Shown here: positions 28,086 through 37,674 of the stretch, piece after piece
Layout of the letters: the number at the start of each line of letters is the position of its first letter
Position numbering within the stretch: the stretch's first letter is position 1
Assembly: GCA_003228685.1 (NCBI GenBank)
Contig: QIFC01000096.1
Location: 49,309-113,308, forward strand
DNA length: 64,000 nucleotides
Source: Chloroflexota bacterium
Lineage (GTDB): Bacteria; Chloroflexota; Dehalococcoidia; DSTF01; RBG-16-68-14
Direction: 5' to 3'
Notes under the pieces: model-generated
What the model was told of the DNA's origin: nothing
Databases searched by the model: none
Seen by the model: the letters and a program-made list of their open reading frames with translations, nothing else
Translations under genes and position numbers: made by a program

Positions 28086-28117
28086 AGAAGGCCGGGCAAT
28101 ATGCCCGGCCTTCTTTG
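28086..28117. terminator. Intrinsic terminator between convergent genes
   Basis: AGAAGGCCGGGCA-ATA-TGCCCGGCCTTCT 13-bp stem followed by T-rich sequence. Confidence 0.8.
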
Positions 28118-28133
28118 CGTTTGATTTCAGCGC

Positions 28134-30581
28134 CTACGGGGGTAGCTGGCTGATGAATCCCGCGTCGAATTGCAGGATCAACGTGGCGTCTAGCGCGGTG
28201 ATGTCGCCGTCCTCGTTCACGTCAGCGCTGCTCGCGTTGGGCAGAGACGTGATCAGCCGTGCGTCGTACTGGAGGATGAACAGCGCGTCGACGCTGTTCA
28301 CGAGGCCGTCGTCGTTGACGTCGCCCAGCGGCTTGGTTGGCGTCGCCGTGCTGGTCGGGGTGTTGGTGGCTGTTGGAGTGTGCGTGGCCGTCGGCGTATT
28401 GGTGATCGTCGGCGTGTTCGTGATCGTCGGCGTGTTCGTGATCGTCGGCGTAGGCGTAATCGTCGGCGTGGCGGTGTTGGTTGGTGTCCCCGTGTCCACC
28501 GGTGTGTTCGTTTCTGCGGGCGTGGTCGTGATCGTCGGCGTGTCCGTGTCTGTCGGCGTATCCGTTGCCGCGGGCGTAGCCGACTTGAAGTAAACGTTCA
28601 CTTCCAGGAAGTCGAGGAATGTGTTCACGGGGCCGCAGGTGATATCGATATTCTTCACCATCACAACGAAGTTACCGTTGTCGAAGTCGGAGCCGATCCA
28701 GCCCCTCCCCCAGGTGTCCTGGCTACCTCCGAGCGTGTGGACTGCCTGGAGGTTGGTTAGCTCGATGGTCTTCTCCGAGGTGTAGGAATCGCCATCGTTC
28801 CATGAGAGGAGCACATCCAGTTCGCAGCCGGTCCCGTCTTCCGATGAGGCCTCAACTCGAACCTCGATGCCGGTGATCGCCGCGCTATCGTCGATTGAGA
28901 AACCAAAGTTGGAATAACCCTGTTCGTCCCCGTCGGTGGTCGACTTTGCGTCATCGTTGTCGCTCGCGAAGGCGTTGTCGGCATCGGTCCAATCATTCGG
29001 CTCATGAGTGGCGGACGGGGGGCTGAAGCCCTCGTCGTTGATCTCCTTATAGATTACGTTGACCTGCAGGAAGTCGACAAACGCATTGGAGTCATTGACA
29101 CAGCCGCCGGGTGTGTCATCGTTCGTGAGCTTGACCACGAAGTTGTCGTCGCTGAACGATGCGGCAGACCAATCGAGGGGGGCCCATAACTCCAGGTCGC
29201 CCCCGACTTCGGTTGTGGTCTGAACGTTCGTGAGGTCGATGCTCTTCGGATCGCTGTATGACGATCCCCCATCGCCTGAGAGTTCGACTAGAAGCTTGCA
29301 GCCGCCGTCGAAGTCCTCCGACGAGGCGTCGACTTGCACACTGATACCCATGATGATGGAGGCATCAGGCACGTCCAAGTCAAACCCGGAGTAGCCTTGC
29401 CGTTCTTCACCAATGTCCCCAATGGCGTCTTGGTCATCGTCGGCGAAGGCCAATTCGCGGGTCAGTTCGGGCCAGTCGTTCGGTTCGTGCGTAGCGGAGG
29501 GGAATGCCTTGCCCGATTGGCTCAGTGGCTTGTAGTAGACCTTGACAGCTACCAGATCGACGAACGTTTCAGAGTCGTCGGTACACCCAGACCCGGGGCT
29601 TTGATTGCGAATCTCCAACACGAAGTCCTCGTCGCTGAAGCTCTCGGCGGTCCAGTCGCCGCTCCCCGGCCACAAGTCTTCGGGGCCACCGAACGTATAG
29701 TCCTCGTCCGCGGCCGTAAGCTCCTCGGTCTCACGCGGGCTCCAGGAGGTACCGCCGTCGCCGGAGATGCGCACCTGGATCTGGCAGCCGTCCGCGTCCT
29801 CCGAGCGCGCCTCGACCAGCACTTCGATGCCGGTGATGAGCGAGGGGTCCGGCACCGAGAGATTAAAGTCGGTGTAGGCTTGGTCGGCTTCATCAACATC
29901 CGTGGTCGCGTACGCGTCGTTGCTGGTGAATGCGTTCTCCGGATCCGTCCATTGACTCGGGGTTGCAGTGGCACTTGGCGGTTGGAGACTCGTCTCGGTC
30001 AGCGACTTGAAGTAGACGCTGACTTGTACGTGGTCGAGTGAAGTCGTCGAGCCCGCAGTGCAGCCTGGGTCAAAGCCTTTGTTCCTTACTTGGGCGACGA
30101 AGTTTGCGTCGTCGAAGTCACCGGATTCCCATGCACCAACGCGGCCCCAAAGGTCGCTACTGCCGCCAACCGTATGGATCTGTTCGGAGCCCGTGAGGTT
30201 GACGTTCCTGAATTGAGGAGTGTATGTTGTGCCGTCATCCCATGACAATTCGACTTCGAGGTCGCAGCCCGCGTCGTCGCTTGAGAACGCTTCGACCCGG
30301 ACGGCGATGCCCAGGATGAAGGCGCCCGGCGGCACGTCGAGGCCGAAGTCGGAGTAGCCTTGCTCTGCGAGGTCTACGCTGGTGGTGGCGTAGGAGCCGT
30401 TGCTGGTAAACCCTCGGGTGGGGTTGACCCACTCGGTTGGCGCGTGTACGTCAGTGGGCGATTGGAAATCAGTATTGTCAGCGCTAGCCGTGCCTTGGAG
30501 TTGGGGCCAGACCAAGACCGTGACCACGACGGCCAGGATCGCGATGAGGCCGGCGCCTCTGAGCAGACGTGTGTGATTCAT
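28134..30581 (-). CDS. Secreted acidic surface protein: four ~160-aa repeats, Pro/Thr linker, C-terminal dockerin type I
   Basis: ATG 30581 with GGAGG; signal peptide; GDVNDDGLVNSVDALFILQY...ADVNEDGDITALDATLILQF. Confidence 0.85.
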   Translation of the reverse strand: MNHTRLLRGAGLIAILAVVVTVLVWPQLQGTASADNTDFQSPTDVHAPTEWVNPTRGFTSNGSYATTSVDLAEQGYSDFGLDVPPGAFILGIAVRVEAFSSDDAGCDLEVELSWDDGTTYTPQFRNVNLTGSEQIHTVGGSSDLWGRVGAWESGDFDDANFVAQVRNKGFDPGCTAGSTTSLDHVQVSVYFKSLTETSLQPPSATATPSQWTDPENAFTSNDAYATTDVDEADQAYTDFNLSVPDPSLITGIEVLVEARSEDADGCQIQVRISGDGGTSWSPRETEELTAADEDYTFGGPEDLWPGSGDWTAESFSDEDFVLEIRNQSPGSGCTDDSETFVDLVAVKVYYKPLSQSGKAFPSATHEPNDWPELTRELAFADDDQDAIGDIGEERQGYSGFDLDVPDASIIMGISVQVDASSEDFDGGCKLLVELSGDGGSSYSDPKSIDLTNVQTTTEVGGDLELWAPLDWSAASFSDDNFVVKLTNDDTPGGCVNDSNAFVDFLQVNVIYKEINDEGFSPPSATHEPNDWTDADNAFASDNDDAKSTTDGDEQGYSNFGFSIDDSAAITGIEVRVEASSEDGTGCELDVLLSWNDGDSYTSEKTIELTNLQAVHTLGGSQDTWGRGWIGSDFDNGNFVVMVKNIDITCGPVNTFLDFLEVNVYFKSATPAATDTPTDTDTPTITTTPAETNTPVDTGTPTNTATPTITPTPTITNTPTITNTPTITNTPTATHTPTATNTPTSTATPTKPLGDVNDDGLVNSVDALFILQYDARLITSLPNASSADVNEDGDITALDATLILQFDAGFISQLPP
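28402..28451. repeat. 18-bp tandem repeat encoding the TPTITN linker
   Basis: GTGATCGTCGGCGTGTTC x2 plus a partial third copy. Confidence 0.85.
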
Positions 30582-30624
30582 GTGGTGGCACCTCCCTGTA
30601 CGGGTGTTAGACGGGGTTACGCTG

Positions 30625-30653
30625 AATGTACTACCGTCTAATCCCATTGTCAA
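30625..30653 (-). promoter_or_regulatory. Sigma70-type promoter for the dockerin surface protein
   Basis: TTGACA-N17-TACATT on the - strand; supports the 30581 start. Confidence 0.6.
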
Positions 30654-30717
30654 CTGATCATAAGGGAACGCCCCCTCGACGCCCAAGCGTCGCACTTGTA
30701 CAATGCGGTCGATCACT

Positions 30718-31713
30718 ATGCCGACAGCCCTAATTACAGGCATCACCGGCCAGGACGGCTCCTACCTCGCGGAGCATCTGCTATCGCAGGGATATGCGGT
30801 TCACGGCATGGTCAGGGGCCAGGCCAACCCTAAGCGCCCGCTCGTCGAGGCGATGTTGCCTGACGTGCAGGTGGTCGAGGGCGATCTTCTTGACCAAGCA
30901 TCACTGATCAACGTCGTGCAAGCCGCACAGCCGGACGAAATCTATAACCTGGGCGCCATCAGCTTCGTGCCGCTCTCCTGGAACCAGGCTGAGCTGACTG
31001 CCGAGACGACGGGTCTGGGCGTGCTCCGCATGTTGGAGGCGATCCGTCTTGTGACAGGCGCGAGCCTGTCGCAGTCCGGCGGAGGCAACGGCATCAAGTT
31101 CTATCAGGCGTCCAGCAGCGAGATGTTTGGCAAGGTGCGCGAGAGTCCTCAAACCGAGATGACGCCGTTCTATCCCCGCAGCCCGTATGGCGTTGCCAAG
31201 GTCTATGGCCATTACATCACGGTGAACTACCGCGAAAGTTACGACCTGTTCGCCTGCAGCGGCATCCTCTTTAACCATGAATCGCCGCGCCGCGGAGTTG
31301 ACTTCGTCACTCGCAAGCTCAGCTTGGGCGCGGCTCGCATCAAGCTCGGCCTGCAGAACGAACTCTTGATGGGCAACCTTGCGTCGAAGCGCGACTGGGG
31401 CTACGCGCCGGACTTCGTGCGCGCGATGCACATGATGCTCCAACAAGACGAGGCCGACGACTACGTGATCGGGACCGGCGAATATCACAGCGGGTCCGAG
31501 TTCGCCGAGTTGGCGTTCAAGCACGTTGGCCTAGATTCCGGCGACTACATCAAGTCGGACCCGCGCTTCATGCGCCCCGCGGAGGTCGATCATCTCCTGG
31601 CGGATGCCAGCAATGCGCGCGAGAAACTCGGCTGGGAGCCCTCTGTGGACTTTCGGGAACTCGTGCGGATCATGGTCGAAGCCGATCTGCAGGCCGAGGC
31701 GAAGGCAAGCTAG
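30718..31713 (+). CDS. gmd: GDP-mannose 4,6-dehydratase
   Basis: [46 protein letters not shown]. Confidence 0.96.
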   Translation: MPTALITGITGQDGSYLAEHLLSQGYAVHGMVRGQANPKRPLVEAMLPDVQVVEGDLLDQASLINVVQAAQPDEIYNLGAISFVPLSWNQAELTAETTGLGVLRMLEAIRLVTGASLSQSGGGNGIKFYQASSSEMFGKVRESPQTEMTPFYPRSPYGVAKVYGHYITVNYRESYDLFACSGILFNHESPRRGVDFVTRKLSLGAARIKLGLQNELLMGNLASKRDWGYAPDFVRAMHMMLQQDEADDYVIGTGEYHSGSEFAELAFKHVGLDSGDYIKSDPRFMRPAEVDHLLADASNAREKLGWEPSVDFRELVRIMVEADLQAEAKAS

Positions 31714-31742
31714 CCGCCCGGCTCGAACAGAAGATCAGAGAC

Positions 31743-31766
31743 GCCCCGGCCGTAGTCGGGGCTTTC
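31743..31766 (+). terminator. Possible intrinsic terminator after gmd
   Basis: GCCCCGGC-CGTA-GTCGGGGC-TTT. Confidence 0.5.
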
Positions 31767-31781
31767 GTGTGGAGGTGCCAG

Positions 31782-32780
31782 TTGGCGAAGGAAGTGCTGT
31801 CAGGGCTGTATCAGCTCAAAGTGCCGATCCCGAACAACCCGATCGGGTACGTGCTGCCGTATCTGGTTCCGGGAGATGACGGCTACACGCTTGTGGACTC
31901 CGGCTGGAACACCCCTGAGGCGTTCGCGGCGTTAGAGGCGGAGCTGAAGGAAGTTGGCGTCTCGTTCGATCAGATCAAGCGCCTCCTCGTCACTCACGTT
32001 CATCCGGACCACTATGGCCTCGCCGGGAAGATCAAAGAAGTGTGCGGGGCTGAAGTGATCGTCCACCAGCGTGAACGCGACTTTATCCGCAGCCGCTACC
32101 GCCAGCCGGAGCAGCTCTTGGAGCGCATGGCGAACTGGCTGATCGAGAACGGCGTCCCCGAAGGCGAAATGCCCGATATGCAGCAGTCGTCGATGCCAGC
32201 GCGGGCCTTCGTCGTGCCCGTCGACCCGGATACCGTGCTCTGGGGCGGCGAAACGCTCGACTTTGGGGTCTATCGCTTCGAGGTGTACTGGACGCCCGGG
32301 CACTCACCGGGACATATGTGTTTCTACGACCGTGCCCAGCGCGTGATCCTCACCGGCGACCATGTCTTGCCCACGGTGACGCCCAACGTCAGCCTCCACC
32401 CGCAGCAACAAGGCAATCCCTTGGGTGACTACCTGGCATCGCTGGAGAGGCTCATTCCGCTCGAAGTAGAGCAAGTGCTGCCGGCCCACGAGTATTCGTT
32501 CACAGACCTTCAGGGCCGTCTGCGCGAGATCGTCGATCACCACGACACGCGGCTCGATGAGATGCTGGCGATTGTTGGTGATGATGGCGCGACGGCCTAT
32601 GACGTAGCGTCCGGCATCGTATGGACGACCGGAACGTTTCAATCGTTCTCCCACTGGACGCGACGGGCCGCCATCAGCGAAACGCTCGCGCACCTGGAGT
32701 ACATGGTCTATCAGGGGCGGCTCCATCAGACCAAGGAAGACGGCATCGTCCGTTACGAGAGAGCGGAGCCGGAAGAGTAG
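31782..32780 (+). CDS. MBL-fold metallo-hydrolase with C-terminal winged-helix-like domain
   Basis: THVHPDHYG, TPGHSPGH, GDHVLP, LPAHE; TTG start after GGAGG. Confidence 0.9.
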   Translation: MAKEVLSGLYQLKVPIPNNPIGYVLPYLVPGDDGYTLVDSGWNTPEAFAALEAELKEVGVSFDQIKRLLVTHVHPDHYGLAGKIKEVCGAEVIVHQRERDFIRSRYRQPEQLLERMANWLIENGVPEGEMPDMQQSSMPARAFVVPVDPDTVLWGGETLDFGVYRFEVYWTPGHSPGHMCFYDRAQRVILTGDHVLPTVTPNVSLHPQQQGNPLGDYLASLERLIPLEVEQVLPAHEYSFTDLQGRLREIVDHHDTRLDEMLAIVGDDGATAYDVASGIVWTTGTFQSFSHWTRRAAISETLAHLEYMVYQGRLHQTKEDGIVRYERAEPEE

Positions 32781-32833
32781 CGGTCCTTAAGCTGCCGTGT
32801 GTCCTCTTGGCGGCGCCGCCGCTTGCTCGCGGG

Positions 32834-34303
32834 CTAGCTCGTGAGGCCCGTAATCGCGGAGGCTTGCTTGGTGGGAAGCGTTTGCAGGTAGGCGTGTATC
32901 GTGGTCGCCGCCCGCCGTCCGTCGGCCAGCGCCGTCACCACTAGGTCCGCGCCGTTCACGCAGTCGCCGCCCGCGAACACGCCGGGTCGGCTCGTCTCGA
33001 ACGTCTCTTCGTTGACCGATACCTGCGACCATTGGTTCGTATCGATGCCGTCGGCCATGCGTACAATCTCGTCGTCCGTGCCGTAGCCGATCGCGATGAC
33101 GACGGTGTCCGCCTCTACGGAGAACTCTTCGCCGGTGGGCACGGGCCGCCTGCGTCCCGATTCATCGGGCTCGCCCAACTCCGTGCGCGAGAATCGCACT
33201 CGCTCGATGCTGCCGTCCGCACCCGCTTCGAAGCCTAGCGGCGACGCCAGGTACTCGAAGCGCACGCCCTCTTCGACAGCGTGGATGCGTTCTTCTATAC
33301 GTCCCTTCTGCTCCGCCTCCGTCCGCCGGTAGACGCAGGTCACCTCGCCGGCGCCCAGGCGCACCGCCGTCCGCACGCAGTCCATGGACGTGTCGCCCCC
33401 GCCGATGACGAGCACGCGTTTAGCATCCGGCAGCGGCCCGCGCATCCATTCCGGCAGCTGTTCGGGCTTCAGGTTGCCGCGTACCAGGTACTCGGTCGCG
33501 ATGATCACACCCGGCAGGTCGGCCCCCGGCGCGTCGAGCTGGTTGCCCTGGCTCGCTCCGAAGCCCAAAAAGACCGCTTGGTAGCCGCGCTCGAAGAGCT
33601 GATCGATCGTGACATCGCGGCCAACGTAGGTGTTGCCTTGGAACGTAATGCCAAGCTTCCAGAGATACTCCAACTTGGCATCCAGGATCTCCTTCTGCAT
33701 CTTGAAGTTAGGGATGCCGTACAGTAGCACGCCGCCGGGCTCCGCCCACGAATCGAAGAGCGTGATCTCGTGGCCCTTCTTCGTTAGCTCCTCTGCCACT
33801 GCCAAGCCGGCCGGCCCCGCGCCCACGACAGCGACGTGCTGTCCAGTGGCTGGCTCGACACCTGGCATGGGCAGACCCTCCGTCATGCGCTGCGTGTCGG
33901 TCACGAACGATTCCAGTTTCCCGATGGCGACGGGCCGCTGGGGCTTCATGTCCTCTGGGCGGATCGCGTACCCAACGACGCAGTCGCCTTCGCAGAGGCT
34001 CTCCTGTGGGCAGAGGCGCCCGCACATCTCAGGCAAGTTGCTCGTCTCACGGAACTTATTGGCGGCGCCAGCGACATCGCCCAGTTCCAACAGTCGAAAG
34101 GCGCCGGGTATGTCGTTGCTGACGGGGCAGGCGGTCTGGCAGGGGGCGTCGGGGCACTGGATGCAGCGGGTGGCCTCTATTTTAGCGCTCTCCAGGCTAA
34201 AGCCGAGGAACGTCTCCTGCCAATTTTGCGTGCGAACGCGAGGGTCCTGCTTCGGCGTCGGCTGGCCCTCGATCGTCAATCGTTCGTGCGTATCGTTTGT
34301 CAT
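32834..34303 (-). CDS. GltD/SudA/NfnB-like NAD(P)H-dependent Fe-S flavoprotein
   Basis: RCIQC..APCQTACP, GRLCPQESLCEGDC, GAGPAGL, GGGDTSMD, GADLVV. Confidence 0.9.
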   Translation of the reverse strand: MTNDTHERLTIEGQPTPKQDPRVRTQNWQETFLGFSLESAKIEATRCIQCPDAPCQTACPVSNDIPGAFRLLELGDVAGAANKFRETSNLPEMCGRLCPQESLCEGDCVVGYAIRPEDMKPQRPVAIGKLESFVTDTQRMTEGLPMPGVEPATGQHVAVVGAGPAGLAVAEELTKKGHEITLFDSWAEPGGVLLYGIPNFKMQKEILDAKLEYLWKLGITFQGNTYVGRDVTIDQLFERGYQAVFLGFGASQGNQLDAPGADLPGVIIATEYLVRGNLKPEQLPEWMRGPLPDAKRVLVIGGGDTSMDCVRTAVRLGAGEVTCVYRRTEAEQKGRIEERIHAVEEGVRFEYLASPLGFEAGADGSIERVRFSRTELGEPDESGRRRPVPTGEEFSVEADTVVIAIGYGTDDEIVRMADGIDTNQWSQVSVNEETFETSRPGVFAGGDCVNGADLVVTALADGRRAATTIHAYLQTLPTKQASAITGLTS

Positions 34304-34392
34304 GCGGTCGCTCCCGGAACGCGTGCGCAATTACGCCCGTTCTGAATGCTCTAGTGTATCAGAGTTTGAGAAATGCGCCGCGGTGGCCGAAG

Positions 34393-35694
34393 CTACGTCG
34401 AAGCTGGCGTCGAGTTTGGCAAATTCCGGCCCATGGCCTCCAGCATGTTCACGCGCGAACCAAGTTGGACGCCCAGGCCCGCCAGCAGGCCGAGGACGCG
34501 GCCTAGATAGAGGAAGTCGCCCGGCACGCTGACAACGGGGTTCTCGCGGATGATCTGCATCATGCTGTCCTGGAATTCGCTCATCAGCTCCCGGTTCTCG
34601 TTGAACTCCTTATTACGAGACAGCCTGGTGACCATCGCTTTGCCGATCGCATTGAACACCTCGTCGTCGTCGTATTTGGTACGGAAGCCCAAGTCTCTGA
34701 AGGCTTTCGGGAGGCCCTCCAGGTTTCCGCCGATTAGCGCGGTGACCAATGCGATGAAGCGGCCCAAGAAGCCTTCGGGGAGCTGCTTGGCGATCCCGAA
34801 GTCGACAATGACGAGCTTGGGCCCTGGCTGCACGAACAGATTGCCGGGGTGGGGGTCGGCGTGAAAGAACCCGTGCGAGAAGATCTGCTTGAAGTAGCTG
34901 TCCGTCAGCAACTGCGCTATCTGCTGGCGATCGATGCCGGCCGCGTCGATGGCCTCGAGGTCGGTGATCTTGATCCCGTCCACGAACTCCATCACCAGTA
35001 CGCGCTTGGTCGTGTGCTCCCAGTAGATCTTGGGCACGACGATGTTGTCTTGGCCGGCGAAGTTAGCCGCGCAGGCCTCAGCGTTGTGGCCCTCGTGGAT
35101 GAAGTCCAGCTCCAGCGGAGCGTTCGTGCTCAGCTCGTCCACCATGGACTGGAGGTCGTAGTCCTTCAGGACCATGCCGGCAACGCGCGTCAGTGCTCGG
35201 ATATTCTGGAGATCAACCCGCACGATCTCCTCGATGTCCGGGTACTGCACCTTGACGGCAACGTCGCGCCCATCATGCAGGCGGGCGCGGTGTACCTGCG
35301 CGAGCGATGCCGACGCGATGGGCTCGCGCGAGAACTCGGCGAACACGTCATCGATCTTAGCGCCTAGTTCGCGCTCGATGTGCGGCTTGATCACATGGAA
35401 CGGCTTCGGCGGGACAGTATCGTGCAGCGCGGACAGGACTTCAATGTACTCGTCTGGGACAACGTCCGCCCGCGCGCCCAAGATTTGGCCGAGCTTGATG
35501 ATCAGCCCTTTCAGTTCCGTTGCGGTTTTCAGGATGCTCTCAGCATTGCGCCTGTGAACTTCCGACAACTCCTGGTCGGAGATAGCGGGGTCGGCATTGC
35601 GAGTCTTCCAGCCGTGCCAGCGATACGCAACGAAAATGCGCGTCGCCGTCCTGCCGACGAGAGCCGAGCGGCGGAAGCGTTGGATGGCGTTCAT
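34393..35694 (-). CDS. ABC1/UbiB/AarF atypical kinase
   Basis: IKLGQ, ASASLAQVH, VAVKVQYP, FHADPHPGN, DFG. Confidence 0.93.
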   Translation of the reverse strand: MNAIQRFRRSALVGRTATRIFVAYRWHGWKTRNADPAISDQELSEVHRRNAESILKTATELKGLIIKLGQILGARADVVPDEYIEVLSALHDTVPPKPFHVIKPHIERELGAKIDDVFAEFSREPIASASLAQVHRARLHDGRDVAVKVQYPDIEEIVRVDLQNIRALTRVAGMVLKDYDLQSMVDELSTNAPLELDFIHEGHNAEACAANFAGQDNIVVPKIYWEHTTKRVLVMEFVDGIKITDLEAIDAAGIDRQQIAQLLTDSYFKQIFSHGFFHADPHPGNLFVQPGPKLVIVDFGIAKQLPEGFLGRFIALVTALIGGNLEGLPKAFRDLGFRTKYDDDEVFNAIGKAMVTRLSRNKEFNENRELMSEFQDSMMQIIRENPVVSVPGDFLYLGRVLGLLAGLGVQLGSRVNMLEAMGRNLPNSTPAST

Positions 35695-35809
35695 CCTTGG
35701 ATGATATCGGCATGCGTGCGCTGGTGGAATTGTGGCCCTGCTTGCGATGCCATCGGCAGGCGGTTAGAATGCGCCGAACACGAAACGCGACAACATAGGA
35801 GGTTGGCGC

Positions 35810-36223
35810 ATGGCCTACGAGAAGGAACTAGCGGCGACACCGCTCTTCTCTCGGTTGGATAAAGACGATCTGGAGCGGCTGGGCAAGAGTGTTGTTCAAC
35901 GCAAGTACGCGAAGGGCGACGTCATCGTTAAGGAGGGCGAACAGGCCGTCGCGTTCTTTGTGATCGTCTCCGGCAGGGTAGACGTGACGAAAGGCGGCGA
36001 CAAGGTTGGAGAGAAGCGCGCCGGCGAGCCGTTCGGCGAGATGGCGTTGCTCGACGGGTATCCGCGGTCGACGACCGTCATCGCTGCCGAGGATACGGAG
36101 TGCCTGGTGATGACGCGATGGGACTTCACGGCAGAGCTGAAGAGCAACAACAACATCGCCCTCGCCATGTTGCCGGAGCTGAGCAAGATCATCCGCCGGC
36201 TGGAAGGGGAGTCGATCCCCTAA
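35810..36223 (+). CDS. Stand-alone cyclic nucleotide-binding domain protein
   Basis: PLFSRL, FGEMALLDGYPRSTTV; GGAGG RBS. Confidence 0.9.
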   Translation: MAYEKELAATPLFSRLDKDDLERLGKSVVQRKYAKGDVIVKEGEQAVAFFVIVSGRVDVTKGGDKVGEKRAGEPFGEMALLDGYPRSTTVIAAEDTECLVMTRWDFTAELKSNNNIALAMLPELSKIIRRLEGESIP

Positions 36224-36426
36224 CGGCCCGCTGCCCGCTCACCGGAGAGCTACGACGTTCGCGAGCGGAGGGCGGCAAACGTCAGAAGTCGCGTGAAGAT
36301 CGCGAACCCGGCGATCGACGAGAACGCTGCCAGCAGCGCCCTGGCGTCCCATCCGTCTGGTGGCGGGCCTGCAGCAGGCCTCAGTGCGCCGTCTAGCCGG
36401 ACGTCACACGTCGTCCGTTACCCTGA

Positions 36427-37665
36427 CTAGACGAGCAGCGAGGCCGGACTCTCCAGCAGCCGCCTGATCTCATTCAGGAACTGCGCACCCTGGGCCCCAT
36501 CTGTGACGCGATGGTCCGCGGAGAGCGCGGTCTTCATCAGATCCGCGGTCTCGATGCGTCCGTCGCGAACGACAGGCGTCGTGCGGACGCCGCCGACGCC
36601 AAGAATGGCCGTTTGCGGGGGCTGGATGATGGCGATGAGCCCCTCGACGCCGAACATGCCCACGTTGCTCACGGTGAACGTGCCGCCGGTGTACTCCGCG
36701 GGCTTCAGGGCGCCGGACTTCGCGCGCCCGGCTAAGTCGCGGCTGGCGTCCGCGATTTCTCCCAACGTTTTGTTTGCGGTGTCGAGGATCGCCGGCGCGA
36801 TGAGGCCTTCGTCAAGCGCGATCGCGATGCAGACGTTGATGTCGGAATGCTGCTGGACCTGCTCGTCGACGAACAAGCTATTGAACATCAGGTGCCTCGC
36901 CAGCGAGATTGCGGCGGCCCGCACGATCATGTCGTTGACGCTGACGCGCGGGTAATCTTCCACGGCGTCGTTGAGCTGGCGACGCAGGCGTTCGGCCTCC
37001 GTCATGTCGATATCGACCGTGATGTAGTAGTGGGGCGCCTCGCGCTTGCTCTGCGACATGCGGCGCGCAATCGTCTGCCGCATCTTGCTCATCTCGATCG
37101 TGGTCGTTGCTCCCGCGGCAGGCGATGTTTGCGCCGGTGTGCTGCCTGCCATTGCGGCCTCCACGTCGCGCTTCACGATGCGGCCATCGGGACCGGTACC
37201 CGAAATCGCCGTCAGATCAACGCTGTGTTCTTGGGCCAGCCTGCGCGCCACGGGAGAGGCGCGAACGCGGCCGTCGCTGCTCGCGGGCGCCGGCTGAGCG
37301 ATGGCCTTTGCGGGTTCCTTGCCGGCGGCCTTAGGCGCAGGCTTCTTCGCTGGCTCGGAAGGCGCCTTCTGGGCGGGCGTCGCGGCCTGCTTCGTCGCGC
37401 CGTTCTCGTAGGCGGAAAGATCATCGCCGGCGTCGGCGATGATCGCAATGATTGTGCCGACATCGACTGTGTCGCCCTCACCGGCTAGCGTTCTGCGAAA
37501 AACGCCCCCGTCGAATGCTTCGATCTCGACGTTCGCCTTGTCGGTCTCGATCTCAGCAATGATCTCGCCGCGATCTACCTTGTCACCCTCGTTCTTCAGC
37601 CACTTGATGATGGTGCCTTCCTCCATATCGGCGCCCATCTGCGGCATGACGACTTCAGAGATCAT
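36427..37665 (-). CDS. pdhC: Pyruvate dehydrogenase E2, dihydrolipoamide acetyltransferase
   Basis: Lipoyl ETDKA, E3-binding ASPVARRLA...GTGPDGRI, catalytic DHRVTDG. Confidence 0.93.
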   Translation of the reverse strand: MISEVVMPQMGADMEEGTIIKWLKNEGDKVDRGEIIAEIETDKANVEIEAFDGGVFRRTLAGEGDTVDVGTIIAIIADAGDDLSAYENGATKQAATPAQKAPSEPAKKPAPKAAGKEPAKAIAQPAPASSDGRVRASPVARRLAQEHSVDLTAISGTGPDGRIVKRDVEAAMAGSTPAQTSPAAGATTTIEMSKMRQTIARRMSQSKREAPHYYITVDIDMTEAERLRRQLNDAVEDYPRVSVNDMIVRAAAISLARHLMFNSLFVDEQVQQHSDINVCIAIALDEGLIAPAILDTANKTLGEIADASRDLAGRAKSGALKPAEYTGGTFTVSNVGMFGVEGLIAIIQPPQTAILGVGGVRTTPVVRDGRIETADLMKTALSADHRVTDGAQGAQFLNEIRRLLESPASLLV

Positions 37666-37674
37666 CGTGTCCTC

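Noticed and set aside
30582..30746. 55-aa N-terminal extension of the dockerin protein given by the ORF track
   Set aside because: Overlaps gmd; promoter, SD and signal peptide all support ATG 30581
16727..35694. Ubiquinone pathway inferred from the ubiG-like and ubiB-like genes
   Set aside because: The genes are about 17 kb apart, both families are broad, and no other ubi genes are present
36246..36400. Hydrophobic minus-strand frame resembling a permease C-terminus (WDARALLAAFSSIAGFAIF)
   Set aside because: No start codon or RBS after the preceding in-frame stop; too short to support
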